NCBI GenBank assembly: GCA_038496445.1
Contig: JALMLS010000418.1
Coordinates: 124,001 to 188,000 of the forward strand
Direction of reading: 5' to 3'
DNA: 64,000 bases
From: Trichosphaerium sp. ATCC 40318
Lineage: Eukaryota > Protista > Tubulinea
Shown: positions 42,056 through 55,809 of the stretch, piece after piece
Layout of the letters: each line of letters opens with the position of its first letter
Position numbering within the stretch: the stretch's first letter is position 1
Made by a program: the position numbers and the translations under genes
The notes under the pieces: generated by a model
What the model saw: only the letters and a program-made list of their open reading frames with translations
Told to the model about the DNA's origin: nothing
The model's database searches: none

Positions 42056-43744
42056 ATGGCTGAGCCGCAATCTTTGGAGGTTCCTTTACAATATATTAAT
42101 CGTTTGGCCACCGGTTTTGGTCATTCGATGGTAATAGCAGACGATGGCTTTGTATACACGTGGGGCAAAAATTATCACCATCAATTGAGTAATACAGACA
42201 CAGAAAAGACTTCTATACCAATACCTATAAAGTCGCTCAAAAATATCGTCTGTATTGCTGCTGGAAGCGCTCATAGCCTTGCCGTTGATTCAAATGGTAT
42301 TGTATATTCGTGGGGGTGTAATTCAGACGGTTCACTGGGCCTGGGTCACTTCGAGTCACCTGTTTCAAAACCAACACGCATTCCAGATCTCGCTGAAATT
42401 ACTCAAGTCACTGCCTACTCTGCAAGTATGGCATTGTCGCAATCAGGTCATGTCTACTCTTGGGGATACAATTTATATCAAGGCTTGGGCCATTCATTCG
42501 ATACTATTAAAGTTTCATCACCGGGGGTTATCCCAAAACTTCAAAATGTATCAAAAATTCAAACAAATTATTACATAAGTGGAGCAATGACTACAGAAGG
42601 TCATGTCTTTCTTTGGGGAACAACCCAAGATATACCATCTGATGAAGAATTATTCTTGAAGCCAAACACTATTTCAAGAGTTCCTAGCATTAACAACGCC
42701 ACTGATATTGCTGTTGGAAATAGGCACGTTCTTGTTCTCATCAAGTCAGGTCAAGTATTTTCTTTTGGCTGCGACTCGTATGGGTGTCTTGGGTTGGGGA
42801 GTGATAGCTATGACAAATATGTGATCGAAGAACTCAATAACATCAAATCTATCCATGCTGGTTCCTCTTCATCGTTTGCAATTGATAATAAAGGTTGTTT
42901 GTTTGGTTGGGGTCACGTGAAATGGATTGATTCGTTCTCGTCAAACATACCACTAAAATTAGCTGGAAAATATGTTGAGTTAGCTAACAAACAACATCAC
43001 TACTTGGCAATATCTCATGATTTTCGATTAGTTACAAGAGGCTATAATAAATACGGTCAATCAGAGCCACAAAATTTAACATTTAATAGAAAGGTAAATC
43101 ATCAATCATGTGGTAGTTTGTTTTTGTAAACGGTTTAGGCAAACAAAACTAAACAGACACCTGAAGAGTTAAAAGAAGATCGAAAACAAAGCAACCTTGA
43201 TTCCAGCACCAAGTTTAGCAACATTCTAGACTTTGTTGACATGAGTCAAGATACATATGAATCCTTTGGGATACAAAACCATGAAGAAGGATACTTTTCT
43301 GATGTACAGAAAACAACAACAACTTACGCTAACAAGTTTGTTAGCCTGATGAAGTGAGCGCTCATATTCGCCCATCAAATGCAACACATTTAGTGAATAA
43401 CATGAATGCACTTCTACAAAAATCATGGCTGGATAAGCCTGGTGTTTCGGTCAAGAACAAGGTAATCATGTTTTTAGAAAAAGAGGCAATAACATTTATT
43501 ATAGTCAACTTTCATTCCACTACCTAAGACTCAATCAACGAAACCAATAAATATTTCGCTTGATTGGAAGTCAGCACTTGGGAAGTTGGGAATCACAAAC
43601 AAGAGAGCACAGGAACTTGGCTCATTCATGAATGAATTGTGTATAAAATCCAATGACATTAATCAAGATGTGTTAATTGAACTTGGATTCAATTTGCTAG
43701 AACGTATTAAAGTCACTAAAGCACAACTTAATAACATTATTTGA
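42056..43744 (+). CDS. RCC1-repeat protein with spliced C-terminal SAM-like domain
   Basis: RCC1 blades (IAAGSAHSLAVDSNGIVYSWGCNSDGSLGLG). Three GT-AG introns extend the frame to DWKSALGKLGI..DINQDVLIELGFNLLERIKVTKA..*. Confidence 0.8.
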
Positions 43745-44745
43745 AATGTTAATGTGTTGATGCTGTAGTTGGAGAATAAATAAAGTATAAGTTAAAAAGC
43801 TTGGAGTAAATGTTAGAAACCAGAAAACACTTGTTGTCAACAGCATCAAGTGAAAACAATTATTAGGAATATTGTTGCCTTGACCACTTTGTAATGTTCC
43901 AGATGTAGCATTTTTGTTGGCAAAAATTGCTGCGTTGACTTTTGTTAATAATAATTGTTACTTATTTTGAATAACTTGACTGCCATCCTTGTTCACATTT
44001 GTTCGAAAATTATGCAAGTGGACAACGAATGCAATTTAGTAGAGGGCTCGGTTCGCTTTCGGTCAGGACAAGAACCCGACCTTCGCTCACAAATTGGTGG
44101 CATGAAAAAAAAATGCGAAAAAAATGAGAACAAAAACTGGGTATACTCTTGCTTGTTCTTTTGCTTAAAAGATCTTCTGCAGCCGCAAGGTTACCAAGAC
44201 ACTGAATACATTTGACTTATGCTTATATTGCACTGCGACATGATTCTTCCTCCTTTGTTGCGCAGTCGATAGGCTGTTAAGAAATGCTTAGTTGAGATGC
44301 AAGGCCTGTCAAAAGTGTTGGAGCTGGCCATCTTTGTTTTTTTTGTGTAGGTGTTAACCATCTACCTCGTGTTTTTAGATTGAATCAGACAATTTTTCGG
44401 AAAAGACAAATAAGGAGAGTGAAAATCACAAAGAATAGAAATGTAGTACTTTGAATAAACACGTCTCAGGTGTCGTGACCTTGCAGTCAAGCCAAGAGAT
44501 AGGTTCTTCAATCAGTCTTGTTGTTGTTTGTAGGACAGTACCTGGCTTGTTCCACTTAAAAGTGAAGTACTACACATTGTTGGGTGTAAGGAAATTACAG
44601 ATGAAGGTATTGAAGGGTTACCAGGAATACGTGAAATAGCCTTGACCATATTCTTGCCACAAAGGTGTTTTTTATTTTTACAAGAAAGAGGTCACAAATC
44701 AGTTAAGTTTGTGTTATGATGTATATATAATTTTATGTCTTGTGT

Positions 44746-47700
44746 TCATTCCACCACTTCATCAATGATGCCAAAAAAGCAAAAATCATCTTTGGTTGTG
44801 CTTCAACAATATCTGTGGTATAGATAAGCGATTTATCTCGTTCTTTAGGCTTGTAAACTCAACGTACCTTCCCACACAAGGAAAATAAAACAACCTATCT
44901 TCCTTGCCAAACCAATGACATACTTGGCATTCATTTCTTTCTCTTCATCTTTAAAGGTGAAAAAGTTAGTAAAAAAATACTGTTATACAAAGTACTGTAG
45001 TGTACCATCTTTGCCATGCTTCATTAACCTTTGATTAACGATATTCGGTTCAACAGCGTCCAAGAGATATGCTAAAAAGTGACTATTGCTTACACTCTTA
45101 TCTTTAATAGATGATAAAGTTTCATCTTGTCCTGACATTTGAACCATCTTATTAGCCCATTCAACCACCTGGTCTTCAGTTATTTTTGTTCCATCAACTT
45201 GAAGAACACTCAACAAGTGATGTTTGCATGCTTGCCAGACGAGTGCTAAACAAGTATTAAAATAAAACCGCATTTCTCCATAACGATGACAAGAAGAAAG
45301 TTGAAAAACGGACTGATAGCCTTGCAAAAAAAAAATCACGTGCCAAGGATCAACTTTCTATTTTTCTCAACAAAATCTGTTCCAGCTATATTAACAATAC
45401 TAAAGTTTAATTTTCTACCCAATCCAACTGCATAGTTGCAGTTACCAAGTTTTTGAAACCTGTTGTTAATAATTAGCTAAACGAAACTCCTTTGTTTTGA
45501 AGGCTTCGCTTTCAATCTATATGAAATACTCGCAAATTAACGACTCCTTGGCCGCTAATTTTGTATGTACGTATACTCCTTTAACGTACTTATTCCTAGC
45601 CTTCTTTTTGACTTTATCCCAAGATACTATACCTGGAGAGAGCTTCTCGAATACCTTTAACATAGGATTAATATTACGATAATTCTCAAAGTTTTCTTCC
45701 TTTCTTTTTTGGGCTCATTTCTTCGTACCTGAATGAGGACAATTCCATCTGTAAAATCATCTGTGACGTTTGTTATAAACCTATCAAGGCCAAGACTGTT
45801 CATCCACGTGCAAAACGCTGAATGCCATCAAAAAATGATTGGATAGGAATTCTATATTAGTCTCTTCTACAAGCCTCCTACCTCTTTCTTCTCTTGTTCC
45901 TTTAATGTCAACGATACGTCTACCCATTGGTGATCTTGATCGGCGCGTGTGTGTGAGCTTCGGTCCAAGTGTTATCTTATTCGTTAACTTCAACTGAAGC
46001 GCAAAAATGAGCTTTGAGTGTATTGTGGTGGCTCGCTGTATGTACCTTTCTAGCTCCTCTTGGGCTATCTCTTCTACTTCTTCTCACATCATCCACAGGC
46101 TCATCAGGTTCTTCAAGGAATCCACAATTCTGGTGGAAAGTTGAAGCAAGCTGAAGAAGATTGAGCTTTCCATTCGCCTAAAAAACTGTAAGCTCACTTT
46201 ACTACTATCATTTTTCGAAACCTCTTGTATATCTTTTGCTGTTATCCATGGCCTGTCTTTACCAATGCGTCTTATGCTTTTATAAAACGATTTGGCTCTT
46301 GCTGCAGGATCAGCTTCAGCAAGTATATCTAAACCACAATGCTTTGGATACAGTTTGTTGTATAAAACAATATATGCATTGGTTGTCTTTTTGTAAAGGT
46401 GAGTACGAACCACAAAACTGTTTACATCACCTTTAAGCTGTCGCCAAAGTTTGTAATTGACCACTCTGAATGCCCGTCTTTCAAATAGTGATTCACCCAA
46501 CGTAGTAGAATATCCTCAGCGGTGTAGTTTACATCCTAAAATACTCAGTACTTATGCGGAAAAGTTTCAGAAAGAATACCTCGTCCTCAAGTTCTTCTTC
46601 AGTGAATATTGGTGAAACCTCAGGGTGAACTCCTAAACTAACCATAGACATTAATCCGACTCGAATTATCTCATAAATGAGTTCCATAATCGAGGCTGCC
46701 TAAAAATATCGTAAGTTGTTTTTAACTTTTGTTCTTGTTTTTTTCGCTGCTTGCGTCTCCTCTTGATAAGTCTGCAGCTGTTAGATGGAATACACGGCAT
46801 CCAATAACTTTTGCGCTTCCCAAACACAAGTTGAAGTTTTGCTCAGCTTCTTTACGAGAGAAAGGCACTCTGTTTATAACACGTTCGTCTATAGAACCAG
46901 GAATGCAATAGTTGATAAGTTTGCTAAGAAAAAGTAAGAAAAAACAAAGAACAATCGAATGTCTACAACGTACATAGGTAGTACGCCATCAATACATGCA
47001 TGTGTTAGAGTAGGTGTCTTTTTAAATATAGGTAGTTTAGCCGCAAGATCAGGGTCATCTTTAAGGCATCTGTTAATGTATGTTGCGCAAGGTTTTTCTA
47101 ATAGTGTCAGTTAACAAAACAAGCAAGTTTGATTGTTACCTTCAGGTGCGTAGAAATCTCCACGTGGTGCTACTTGCATTGCAGGTTCTATTGCTATAGT
47201 AGGAGCAACTACCACTGGAACGGCAGCTGCAGCTTCCTCAGCCTTTTTCTCTTGTTCTTCAAGAAGTGCCTTTAACCTTGATATTTCTTCTTCAAGCTCA
47301 CCCTTTTCTTTCTCTAACAGAAAATAAATCATTAAATCATTATTTTTTGTTTTAAATGACAACTATTTTCTTTCGTACCCAAGGCGCTTAGTTGATCCTT
47401 CATTTCGTTAATAGTACTATCTTTAGAAGAAATTGTTCCTTCATGTTCAGCAATCGACTTTTTAAGGCCTTCAATCTGTTCTCTCAGTTTATTCCTTAAG
47501 GTGCACAAATCATGGAATTGCTCTTCGTAGCTAGCTGCGCTCTTATTTGCTTTCTCTAGTTCAGAAGCATGCTGAGCATCCTTTTCTGCTGTTTCTGATT
47601 TTAAGGTATCTAACAAAGACTTTGTGCTGTCTTTATCAGCGTTAGCTGCCTCAAGGTCTTGGCGGAGTTGTTCCATCTGTTCTTCAAGGTTTGTATTGTT

Positions 47701-50700
47701 TTCCATTGCTGTAGCCAACTTTGAAACAAATCTCCCTTTAGTGTCTGCGAGCTTTTTAGCAAGTGTACTCTTACTCTCAGATAAAGCTACACGCAAATCA
47801 TTAGTATACATGGAACTTATAGTGTTCATAACCGTACATTCTAATTCAGCTTCTAGATTAGCCTTTTGTTCCTTTAGCGTGCTGATTTCGTTCGACAAGG
47901 TTTCCTGTGTCTAAACTCGTATTATTATGTGAAAGCAGTGATGCTTTGTCTGGGTTTCTTACTGATTCATGTTCAGATTGGGCTTGAGCTGAAGCTTCCT
48001 CAAGTTGCTTGTGCTGTTGTTGTAATTCTTCAAGTACTTTTTGAGTATTAGAAAGTTCATCATTGAGCGTAGCTAACGATGCTGAAGTGTCATCAAACTC
48101 CTAAAATGTGAAAAAAGTAAGAAAAAAGTACAAAACTAATTTCGTCAAATTCTGGGTAAAATTGTACTCGTATATAGTAAACATACCTTCGTTTTATCTT
48201 CCAGAGCAGAAGTGAGAGTGGCTATTTCTCCATCTTTGTTGGTAACCTCTCCTTCAAGTTCTTCTATCCTTGCTTCAGCTATTGTAGTCTTTTGGACTTG
48301 TCCCAAAAGCTCATCGGATACTTTCTCATGAAGTGCTGTTTTCTCGCTCAGGTTCTTTTTCTCTTGAGCTAACTCTTCAGATAACTTGCTTATAGTATCT
48401 TTTGCTTCCTTGAGATTAGATTTAAGCTCCTTCGCATCTGAAGTTGTTCCAGCATGTAACTCTTTCAACTCATTAAGCTGACTTGTCTCCGCATCCAACT
48501 CTTTTTGCATATCAAGAAGTTGTTGCTCGAGTACATCTGTAAGAGCTTTCAAAGACCTTTTCTCTTTTGTGTATTCAACAATGGTGTTCTAACAAGAAAT
48601 AAGAACAATGGCTTTTTTATGTAGTTTCCAGTTGTACCTCTTTTTCTTCCAGTTCTGCTACCAAGTTTGCTTTCTGTCCATCTAGACTTGTGTATTCATT
48701 TGCCTTCGCATTTAGCTTCGAATTCAATGTCTCCTTTTCGATCTCTAATTCGTCATGTGCGCGTTGGAGTTCATCAAAGAGTTCATTACGCTTTTGTAAA
48801 TCACCTTGCAAAGATTCAAATTCTTTTTGACGCTTTTGAAGTTCATCATCCTTAGTAGAGTTTGAAGCATTGGCACTAGCTATTGTATTTTTAGAGTCTT
48901 CTAATTCTTTTTCAAGCGCTGATATACGGTCAGACTTTTTACTGAGTTGATCCTAAAGCAAAAGTTTGTGAGCAAAAGAACTTAATACTCTTATTTGCGT
49001 ACCTTTAAGTCTGCTAGATCATCGTTTAAACCAGATATTGTGCTTTCAAGTGTTTTGCACGATTCTTTAGAGTCGCCGAGATCCTTTTGAGTAGCCTCCA
49101 ACTGAGTATTTAAGCTATCCCCTCGAGACTCGCTTTCTTTCAATTGGTTTTTAGTATCTTCAAGTTCGCTCTTAAACAAGGTCAAACATTGCACGTGATA
49201 TGTTTGGTTTAGTTTAATAAACGTACCTTAACTGCGGCTATAGCCTCTGCACTTTCTTGTTGTTTGGCAAGATGTTCTTGTTCAGCTATTTTAGCATCTT
49301 CTAGAGCTTGTTCAATTTCAGACTTGAATTTTGCAGTTTCTTTATCAAGTTTCTTATTCAATGCAGCTAAAGCGTCTTTCTCGTCTGCTAATGCTTGCTT
49401 AGTTTCTGAAAGTACAGCATCAGTGTTTTCTCCAGTCTTCTTTGATTCTGATAGGAGTTCTTTGAGATCTGAAATCTCACTGTCAAGCTTCGCTTTTGCT
49501 CTTTCGAAATCCTCAGCTTCATCAGCTTTTTCTCTCTCTAGTTGGGCAACATGAGCTTCTGTGTTTCTTTGCTTTTCTTCTAGATCTCTATGCTCTCCAT
49601 GGAGTTTCTCAAGATCATCAGTAAGACCACCACTTTTAGTAGTTTCGTCAGAAAGATCATTTTTCAAACCTTCAATCTATTCACGTGGTAAGAAATTTCG
49701 GTTCTTTGTTCCTGTGTTGTAGCGAAAGTACCTGCTCTTTGTGAAGTTTTAAATCTTCTCTCACTGCGTGTAATTCACTCTCTAATGATGATACTTGTTG
49801 CTCAAAATCAGATTTTTCACCTTCGTACGCAGTTAAGTGATCTTTGTGCGTTTGTTTCCAGGTTTTTTTCTTTTGTCTAGTTTTCTCAAGAACTTCTCCA
49901 AGTTCAGCTGCAATACCTTCTTGCTTCTTTAAGGCTTCCTTTGTACTATCAAGATGTTCCTGAAGCGAAGCTTTATCTTTTTCAAGAGCATCACATTGAG
50001 CTTGAAGATCTGTATGCTTGTCATTGAGAGTGGCATATTTGTTATTCAAAGCATCACATTCGTTTGCATGAGCGTCAATTGTATCAGCAAGCTTTTCTGT
50101 CAAGTCTTCGAACTCTTGATTCTTTTCGGTTAAAAGTTGCTTAGTATCGTCTCTTTGTTTCTCGGTTTCTTTTGTTTTATCTCTACTCTGTTCTAAAAGA
50201 TCTTGAGTCTCTGCGAGTTCCTTCTTCTTTCCTTCGAGAGCTGCCTTTGTTTCTTCGAGTTCTGAACAAGTTTTCTCATGCTCTTTCTCTAGAGCTGCTA
50301 AGGTGGCTTTTGTTGCGTCATGCTGTGCTATAAGTTCTTCCTTTTCTTTAGCATGTTCGCTCAGGGCATCATTGTACTTTTGGGTTAATTCTTCAAAGCT
50401 CTTTTCGTGCTCAACTATTTTTTTCTTGGCATCCTTCAAAGACTTGGTCAATGACGCTTTAGTATCTTCTAACGCTGAAATTTGCTTTTTGAGATCGTCT
50501 GTCTATAGACACGTTAGTTGGATATTACTTGATTCCGAGACTGATTTTATGGGTACGCACGTGTTGTTTAATACGTTCTTCCAAGTGCTGTGTTGTGTCT
50601 TCAAGAGCAGAGACTGCAGCACTAAGCATCGAGTTAGAGCAGCCCAAATTGGAGATATATGTTCGCGTACGATTTTTCTGCGTTGCTTTGTGTAAGGTCC

Positions 50701-52468
50701 TCTATTTCGTCTTGAAGTGTATCAATTTCATCTATTTTTTCTTGTTTTTCTTTTTCCAGTTTCTTGGATAAAGCTTCGTATCTTGATTTTCCAGCGTTTG
50801 ACTCTGCAAGGGCATGTTTAAGTTTTTGTATCTCCTCTTTTAAGGCTTCAGTTTCACGAATTTGTTTTTGGAGTAAAGCTTCAGTTTCAGCCTGTTTGTG
50901 TAGTGCCAAGAGAGCTGTTACCTATTTTTGAAATATGTTAAACGCTTCAAAGAAAATGAAGATTTGTACCAGTATTGGAGTTTCTCTAGTTACTCCGTTT
51001 TTATTTACATTATTGGTGATATCCTCATCTTTTTTTGGCTTGAATGTCGACTCTAGGAACCGTAATACAAGAACAGATAGACCTACACCCGAACATTAGT
51101 GGCAATAATCTAAACACCTACTAAAACTCTTACTATCGTTTCCTTTTCTAATCTTATCCTCCATTCCTTCCAATGAAGAACCAGCACGCTTCAGGAGCAA
51201 AGTATCACTTTGTTTATTGCTTTTTTTAAACATCTTATTATTCAATAAACTATGGATCTCGCCATCCCAAGCTCCACCAAAATCTTCTGTTTGTCCCTTT
51301 TTACTGGTTAAAAAAAAAATATACCGAAAGGTGTTAGCGTTGCTAACCTGGACTTGTCCTTCAAGTTCTTCAAGCCTAGATTTCATACTTTCATAATCTT
51401 CGCGGATACTATAGACGCATTAATCACGTTTATCATGTGTCTAGCTTGATGGCGCACTTTTTTGTTGTTGATAATTCTTTCAACAATTCTTCACGTTCAT
51501 CTCTAGTGGTCGCTAAAAGAACCTCTGCAGCATCTACAACGCGTTTTATTACAAAAAAAACAAATATAGAATAACTAGTGTACCTCTTTGTTGCTGTAAG
51601 TGTTTTATTTTCTGTTTATCAGCTTCAATGATAGACTTCGAGGCTTCCAAATAATACATAGATTCATCCAGTTTTCTCTTTTTTTAGTTAGTAAAAATTA
51701 ACATTTAACTTAAATCACGTGCTACTTACTTGTATCGCCTTTTGGTGGTCTACATCTACTGTAACCGTATTTGATAGACGTTTAATCTCATTATCCTTCG
51801 CTTTAACCTCACGTAAAATAGCGTCATTCTGTTTTACAGCACTATCAACTTTTGATTTTAAAACCATAAGTTTTGTTTCAAGTTCTCTATTTCTGACATG
51901 CGCTGTTTGCAGTTCATTCACTTTTATCTTCAACTCCGAGTTCTAAACAGACTGTAAGAGTAATAAATTATAATTCAAGGCTTACTTGTTGCTTTAATGA
52001 CGTCGCATGCTTCTCTAGTTCCCTGTTTCGTTGATACAACGCTTTTCCAAGACCTTCACGTGTCATTTGTTTGACATTTCGATAAAAAAGAAAAATACTA
52101 ACCAGCCACTAAATTAGCGTCTTGTTCCCTCTCTCTAAGTAACTGCTCTGTTTTAACAAGCTTATTTGCTATACTCAAATCCTTATGACCATTAGCTTCC
52201 CTACAGTTCCATATCGATAAGTTTAACACATATGGATGTAATACCACTACACTGGAAGTACGTACGGCGTGAATATTTCGTCATCTTGCGCGTCGCCTGA
52301 AAATTTAAGCTTCGGAATTTCTACACCGTTCTCATGTGTTCCGTTAGCCTTTCCGTTGCGTCCTTTAGGCGTGTTCTTTTTTTTAACAGAGCTGAGTATG
52401 TTTTCATTAACAAAGCCCAAGTCGTCCGTATTTTCAGCTACTACTGATAGTAGACTAGCGGCCTTCAT
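44746..52468 (-). CDS. Giant coiled-coil protein with C-terminal fimbrin/plastin-type actin-binding core (four CH domains)
   Basis: More than 5 kb of heptad E/K-rich exons, then YINRCLKDDPDL..DGVLL|KLINYCIPGSIDERVIN, GTREERG..WMA, NCNYAVGLGRKLNFSIVNIAGTD, LALVWQ, VVEWANKMV and NAKYVIGLARKIG..VWEDIVEAQPKMI. Confidence 0.88.
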
Positions 52469-52865
52469 GTTAATTTATCCCATACGCTTAAGCGGAAAGG
52501 TACAGCGATTTTGGAGTGAACACAAATGTTAAAAATAACTTTGACGAAAAAAACCCACGTGGTGTTGTGAAAAGACTTGACCGTCGCAAAAGCATGTTCC
52601 TTGGGCACGTGTAAATCCGCCTCTTACAGGCTTTTCAGGCCAGTTCCTGCAGACGCCGATTTATTACCATTTTTTCATATGGATGCCCTGGTCAACGAGC
52701 AAGAAACATTTGTTGCACCGGAGTATTTGCTATGTATACCTAGTGAGCTATCACCAGGAGATTTTTTCATTTTTCAGGATGAGAGTTTTTTGATCAACTT
52801 CAGCGTAGCAAACTATGGACTGAAATCATCTTCACTACCACCCTAACATGTCCTACAGATCTGTT

Positions 52866-53395
52866 CTAGTTGTTATTAAGATACCATGTCTCTTCATCCC
52901 TCATCCACCTGTTATTGTGCATGCAATAATTCTTGTACCATAATTGAAGACCACCAATAATTCTATTGTCTTGAAAAAAACACCGCCTGTGTAATTGGCC
53001 ATTTTCATACCATCTTTTATACTCTCCTTCTCGTTTATTGTTGATGTAATTATACCTCTCCATCAGTTGCCCATCGTTGTACCAACATTCCAATGTTCCT
53101 TCTTTTCTTCCTTGTACAAAGTGACAACTCATTGATGGTTTACCACCAGCTCCCTTTTTCAACCATTTTCCTTGTTTGTTCAAGTCACAATCAAACCTTG
53201 TTACCATTGCTGTTTGTTTTGATAAAAGAGGCACCTTTAAATACACTTCAAAGTCTGTATCAGCGATATCAAGCAGTAACTCAACTGGGAGGTGAAGTAG
53301 ATTGTTAACAACGTTTGTTTGAGTATTATTCTATTTATTACAGTCTTTTAACATCACGTGATAAACGGTTTTTGTACCTTGCGTTTTGTTTCCAT
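52866..53395 (-). CDS. F-box plus MORN-variant (YwqK-like) repeat protein, copy A
   Basis: METKRK|NNTQTNVVNNLLHLPVELLLDI (F-box-like) then KEGTLECWYNDGQLM..REGEYKRWYENGQL. One intron lies upstream of the track's GTG start. Confidence 0.8.
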
Positions 53396-54034
53396 TGTAA
53401 ACGCTCTAGAATAGAAGCAATTGATAGTTATTTGAAAATGGGTGATTAAAGAAGTGGCTCACATAGCTTGCTGACCTATAGAAATGGCAAAAAAAGTCAA
53501 AACAGAATCAACTTTGAGCTGTGATTCGCAGTAAAATTCCTACTACTTTTTTTTTCTTTGTACCTACCTACAACTGTACTTTATAAAGCTGAACCCAAAA
53601 CCTGTTTCAATTCTGACAGTCGACATGTAAAAACAAATATGGTACTTGGTACATGACTAGGATCCGTTGCATCATAGCTTGCTTCTTATCTAAGGACAAA
53701 TCTAAAAGGAAAAAACAAGGTCATTCCTGATGCCTCTGGTTACAGTTTGACTTGGTTAAGAACTGGAGAGTAAACAAAGGTAAAAACAGTTAAGAGTATT
53801 CTTCAAACATTGTTTGTACCCAAAAACAAAATGTGACCTAACCTAACGGCCTAATCGAGCCAAAAAAGCACATTTTGAGCATTACAAACAAGGTAATCGG
53901 AAAATTCTACGGGAAAAAAATGTTGGGTCGAAGCTTCAGCTACAAAACAAATATGTCAATCAACTTTATTTAGGAAACAAAGAGTTAAAGCAGGGTAATG
54001 ACGTTTGCAAGGTCCTCATTTGGCTTAAGTCGAA

Positions 54035-54636
54035 CTAAGCACGTCTCCATGGAGAAATCCTGCTTGCATAGCGACGCTGTTTTGTTGAACGTGACGGGAC
54101 TTGGCAAACAACCAACTTTCCATCCAATAGATAGTGCCCTTTCATACATGTTCTGCTGTCAACTTTAATCCTCCTTGATACTAATCCATAATTACCATTC
54201 ACCATATCAATAAGTACTTGTTGACTTCTCACGCTTGAACATATCATTTTGTCATTATCATTAAAAAGTCTCAAGTCTTTCTTTAATTATCAGATCTTAT
54301 ATTAGAAACTTTAAGGCATGATACGTAGTCGTTAAAACTTAACTCCCTATACTTTGCAGGTTTTGCCAGAAGTCGATCATCAAAAGCGAAGTCGTTAACC
54401 ATGCATTTGTGACGATATATTGCCGTTCTTCCTCCGAGACTCCTAATTCTAACGAACCCACCGTTTTTGCACTCCGTATTTGCTTTCTCGCATGCAGCGC
54501 ATCCGAAGAGCTGTCTGGTGTAATAAAGGTATCCGTCTTGCGCTAGATGGTTAACTTGGCATCCAAGCTTGCATGAAATACTTGCTACACATGGCGCCAA
54601 CGTTAAAAGTGCAACCAGTACTAGGAGAAGCTGCAT
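54035..54636 (-). CDS. Secreted Cys-rich protein (~190 aa, two exons)
   Basis: Signal peptide MQLLLVLVALLTLAPCVAS; a 29-nt GT-AG intron (54281-54309) joins the two track ORFs in frame. Confidence 0.65.
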
Positions 54637-54858
54637 CTATGCAGAAGAGGAATGTTATTGCCAGAAATGGTAGCAAAGAACCAAATAATATCTCGTTCAG
54701 TTAACCTAAACCAATATAGAAGTTCCCATTAAGTAAGGTTGTTTTTAAGCAGAAGTTCGTGAAGTAAAAATTCACGCTTGGTTCGTACAAAACGACCTAC
54801 ACACTCGCAATGATGACCACAATCAGTTCAAAAATTGTGTCGCATTAAAAAATCATGT

Positions 54859-55809
54859 TTACGAATAATAACTACAAGAATAAAAACAGTGATATTTATT
54901 TTTAACAGTTAGCATTTGATACAATCCGCTTTTCAAACTTTGTCCATTCTCATACCATTCCTTTTTTTCTTCATCATATTTTCCGTCTACCCACATCTGT
55001 TCTACCTTTAATTGTCCATTAACACTCCACTCTTTTGTTGTACCACTCGGTTTGTCATTAACCCACATGCTTAGTATCTTCAGTTGCCCATTCGCATACC
55101 ACTCCTTATGTTCGCCAATTCTTTTGCCGTAGATCCAATTATGTTGTGCCATTAGTTGGCCATTTTCATACCACACATAGTACTTACCTGTTTTCTTACC
55201 GTTTTCCCACCTGATCTGCACCTTAGCTTGCCCATTCTCATACCATTCCCTGCTTACACCGACGATTTTATCGTCAATAAACATAGTATGTTGTCTGATT
55301 CGTCCACTGCTGAACCAACTTTCGGTAACACCGTTTCGTTTCCCGTGAACGTAGTTATTATGTGACTTAATATTACCGTCTTTGTACCATATTTTTGACA
55401 ATCCGTGTAGTTTATTATTGACAAACATGCTTTGTATTATTGGTTGTCCATTCTCATCCATTCTTGTATGTACACCGTTTAGTTTTCCGGAAACAAAGGT
55501 ACCTTGTGATAGTAGCTTTCCACTTTTAAACCATTTCTTTACCTCACCATCTAGGTTACCATGTACTTTTAGCTCCCCGGTCTCATACCAGTTTTTGAAA
55601 CACCCATTTGTATGTACGATGGAAGAACGAATACTTCCGCTTTTGTACCATCTCAACCATTGTCCTGTAGGTTCAAGATTGTTATTAAAATGTGTGTTCA
55701 TCGCAGCTCTCTTTGATAATGTATGGAATTTAGTAAATACTTCTGTACCAAATGTACAAATGTACTTTTGAAGTTCCCGAGGAAGATCCAGTATAGTTAT
55801 TGATGCCAT
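54859..55809 (-). CDS. F-box plus long MORN-variant repeat protein, intronless
   Basis: ILDLPRELQKYI followed by ~10 repeats of G..KEWYENGQLK. Confidence 0.85.
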   Translation of the reverse strand: MASITILDLPRELQKYICTFGTEVFTKFHTLSKRAAMNTHFNNNLEPTGQWLRWYKSGSIRSSIVHTNGCFKNWYETGELKVHGNLDGEVKKWFKSGKLLSQGTFVSGKLNGVHTRMDENGQPIIQSMFVNNKLHGLSKIWYKDGNIKSHNNYVHGKRNGVTESWFSSGRIRQHTMFIDDKIVGVSREWYENGQAKVQIRWENGKKTGKYYVWYENGQLMAQHNWIYGKRIGEHKEWYANGQLKILSMWVNDKPSGTTKEWSVNGQLKVEQMWVDGKYDEEKKEWYENGQSLKSGLYQMLTVKNKYHCFYSCSYYS

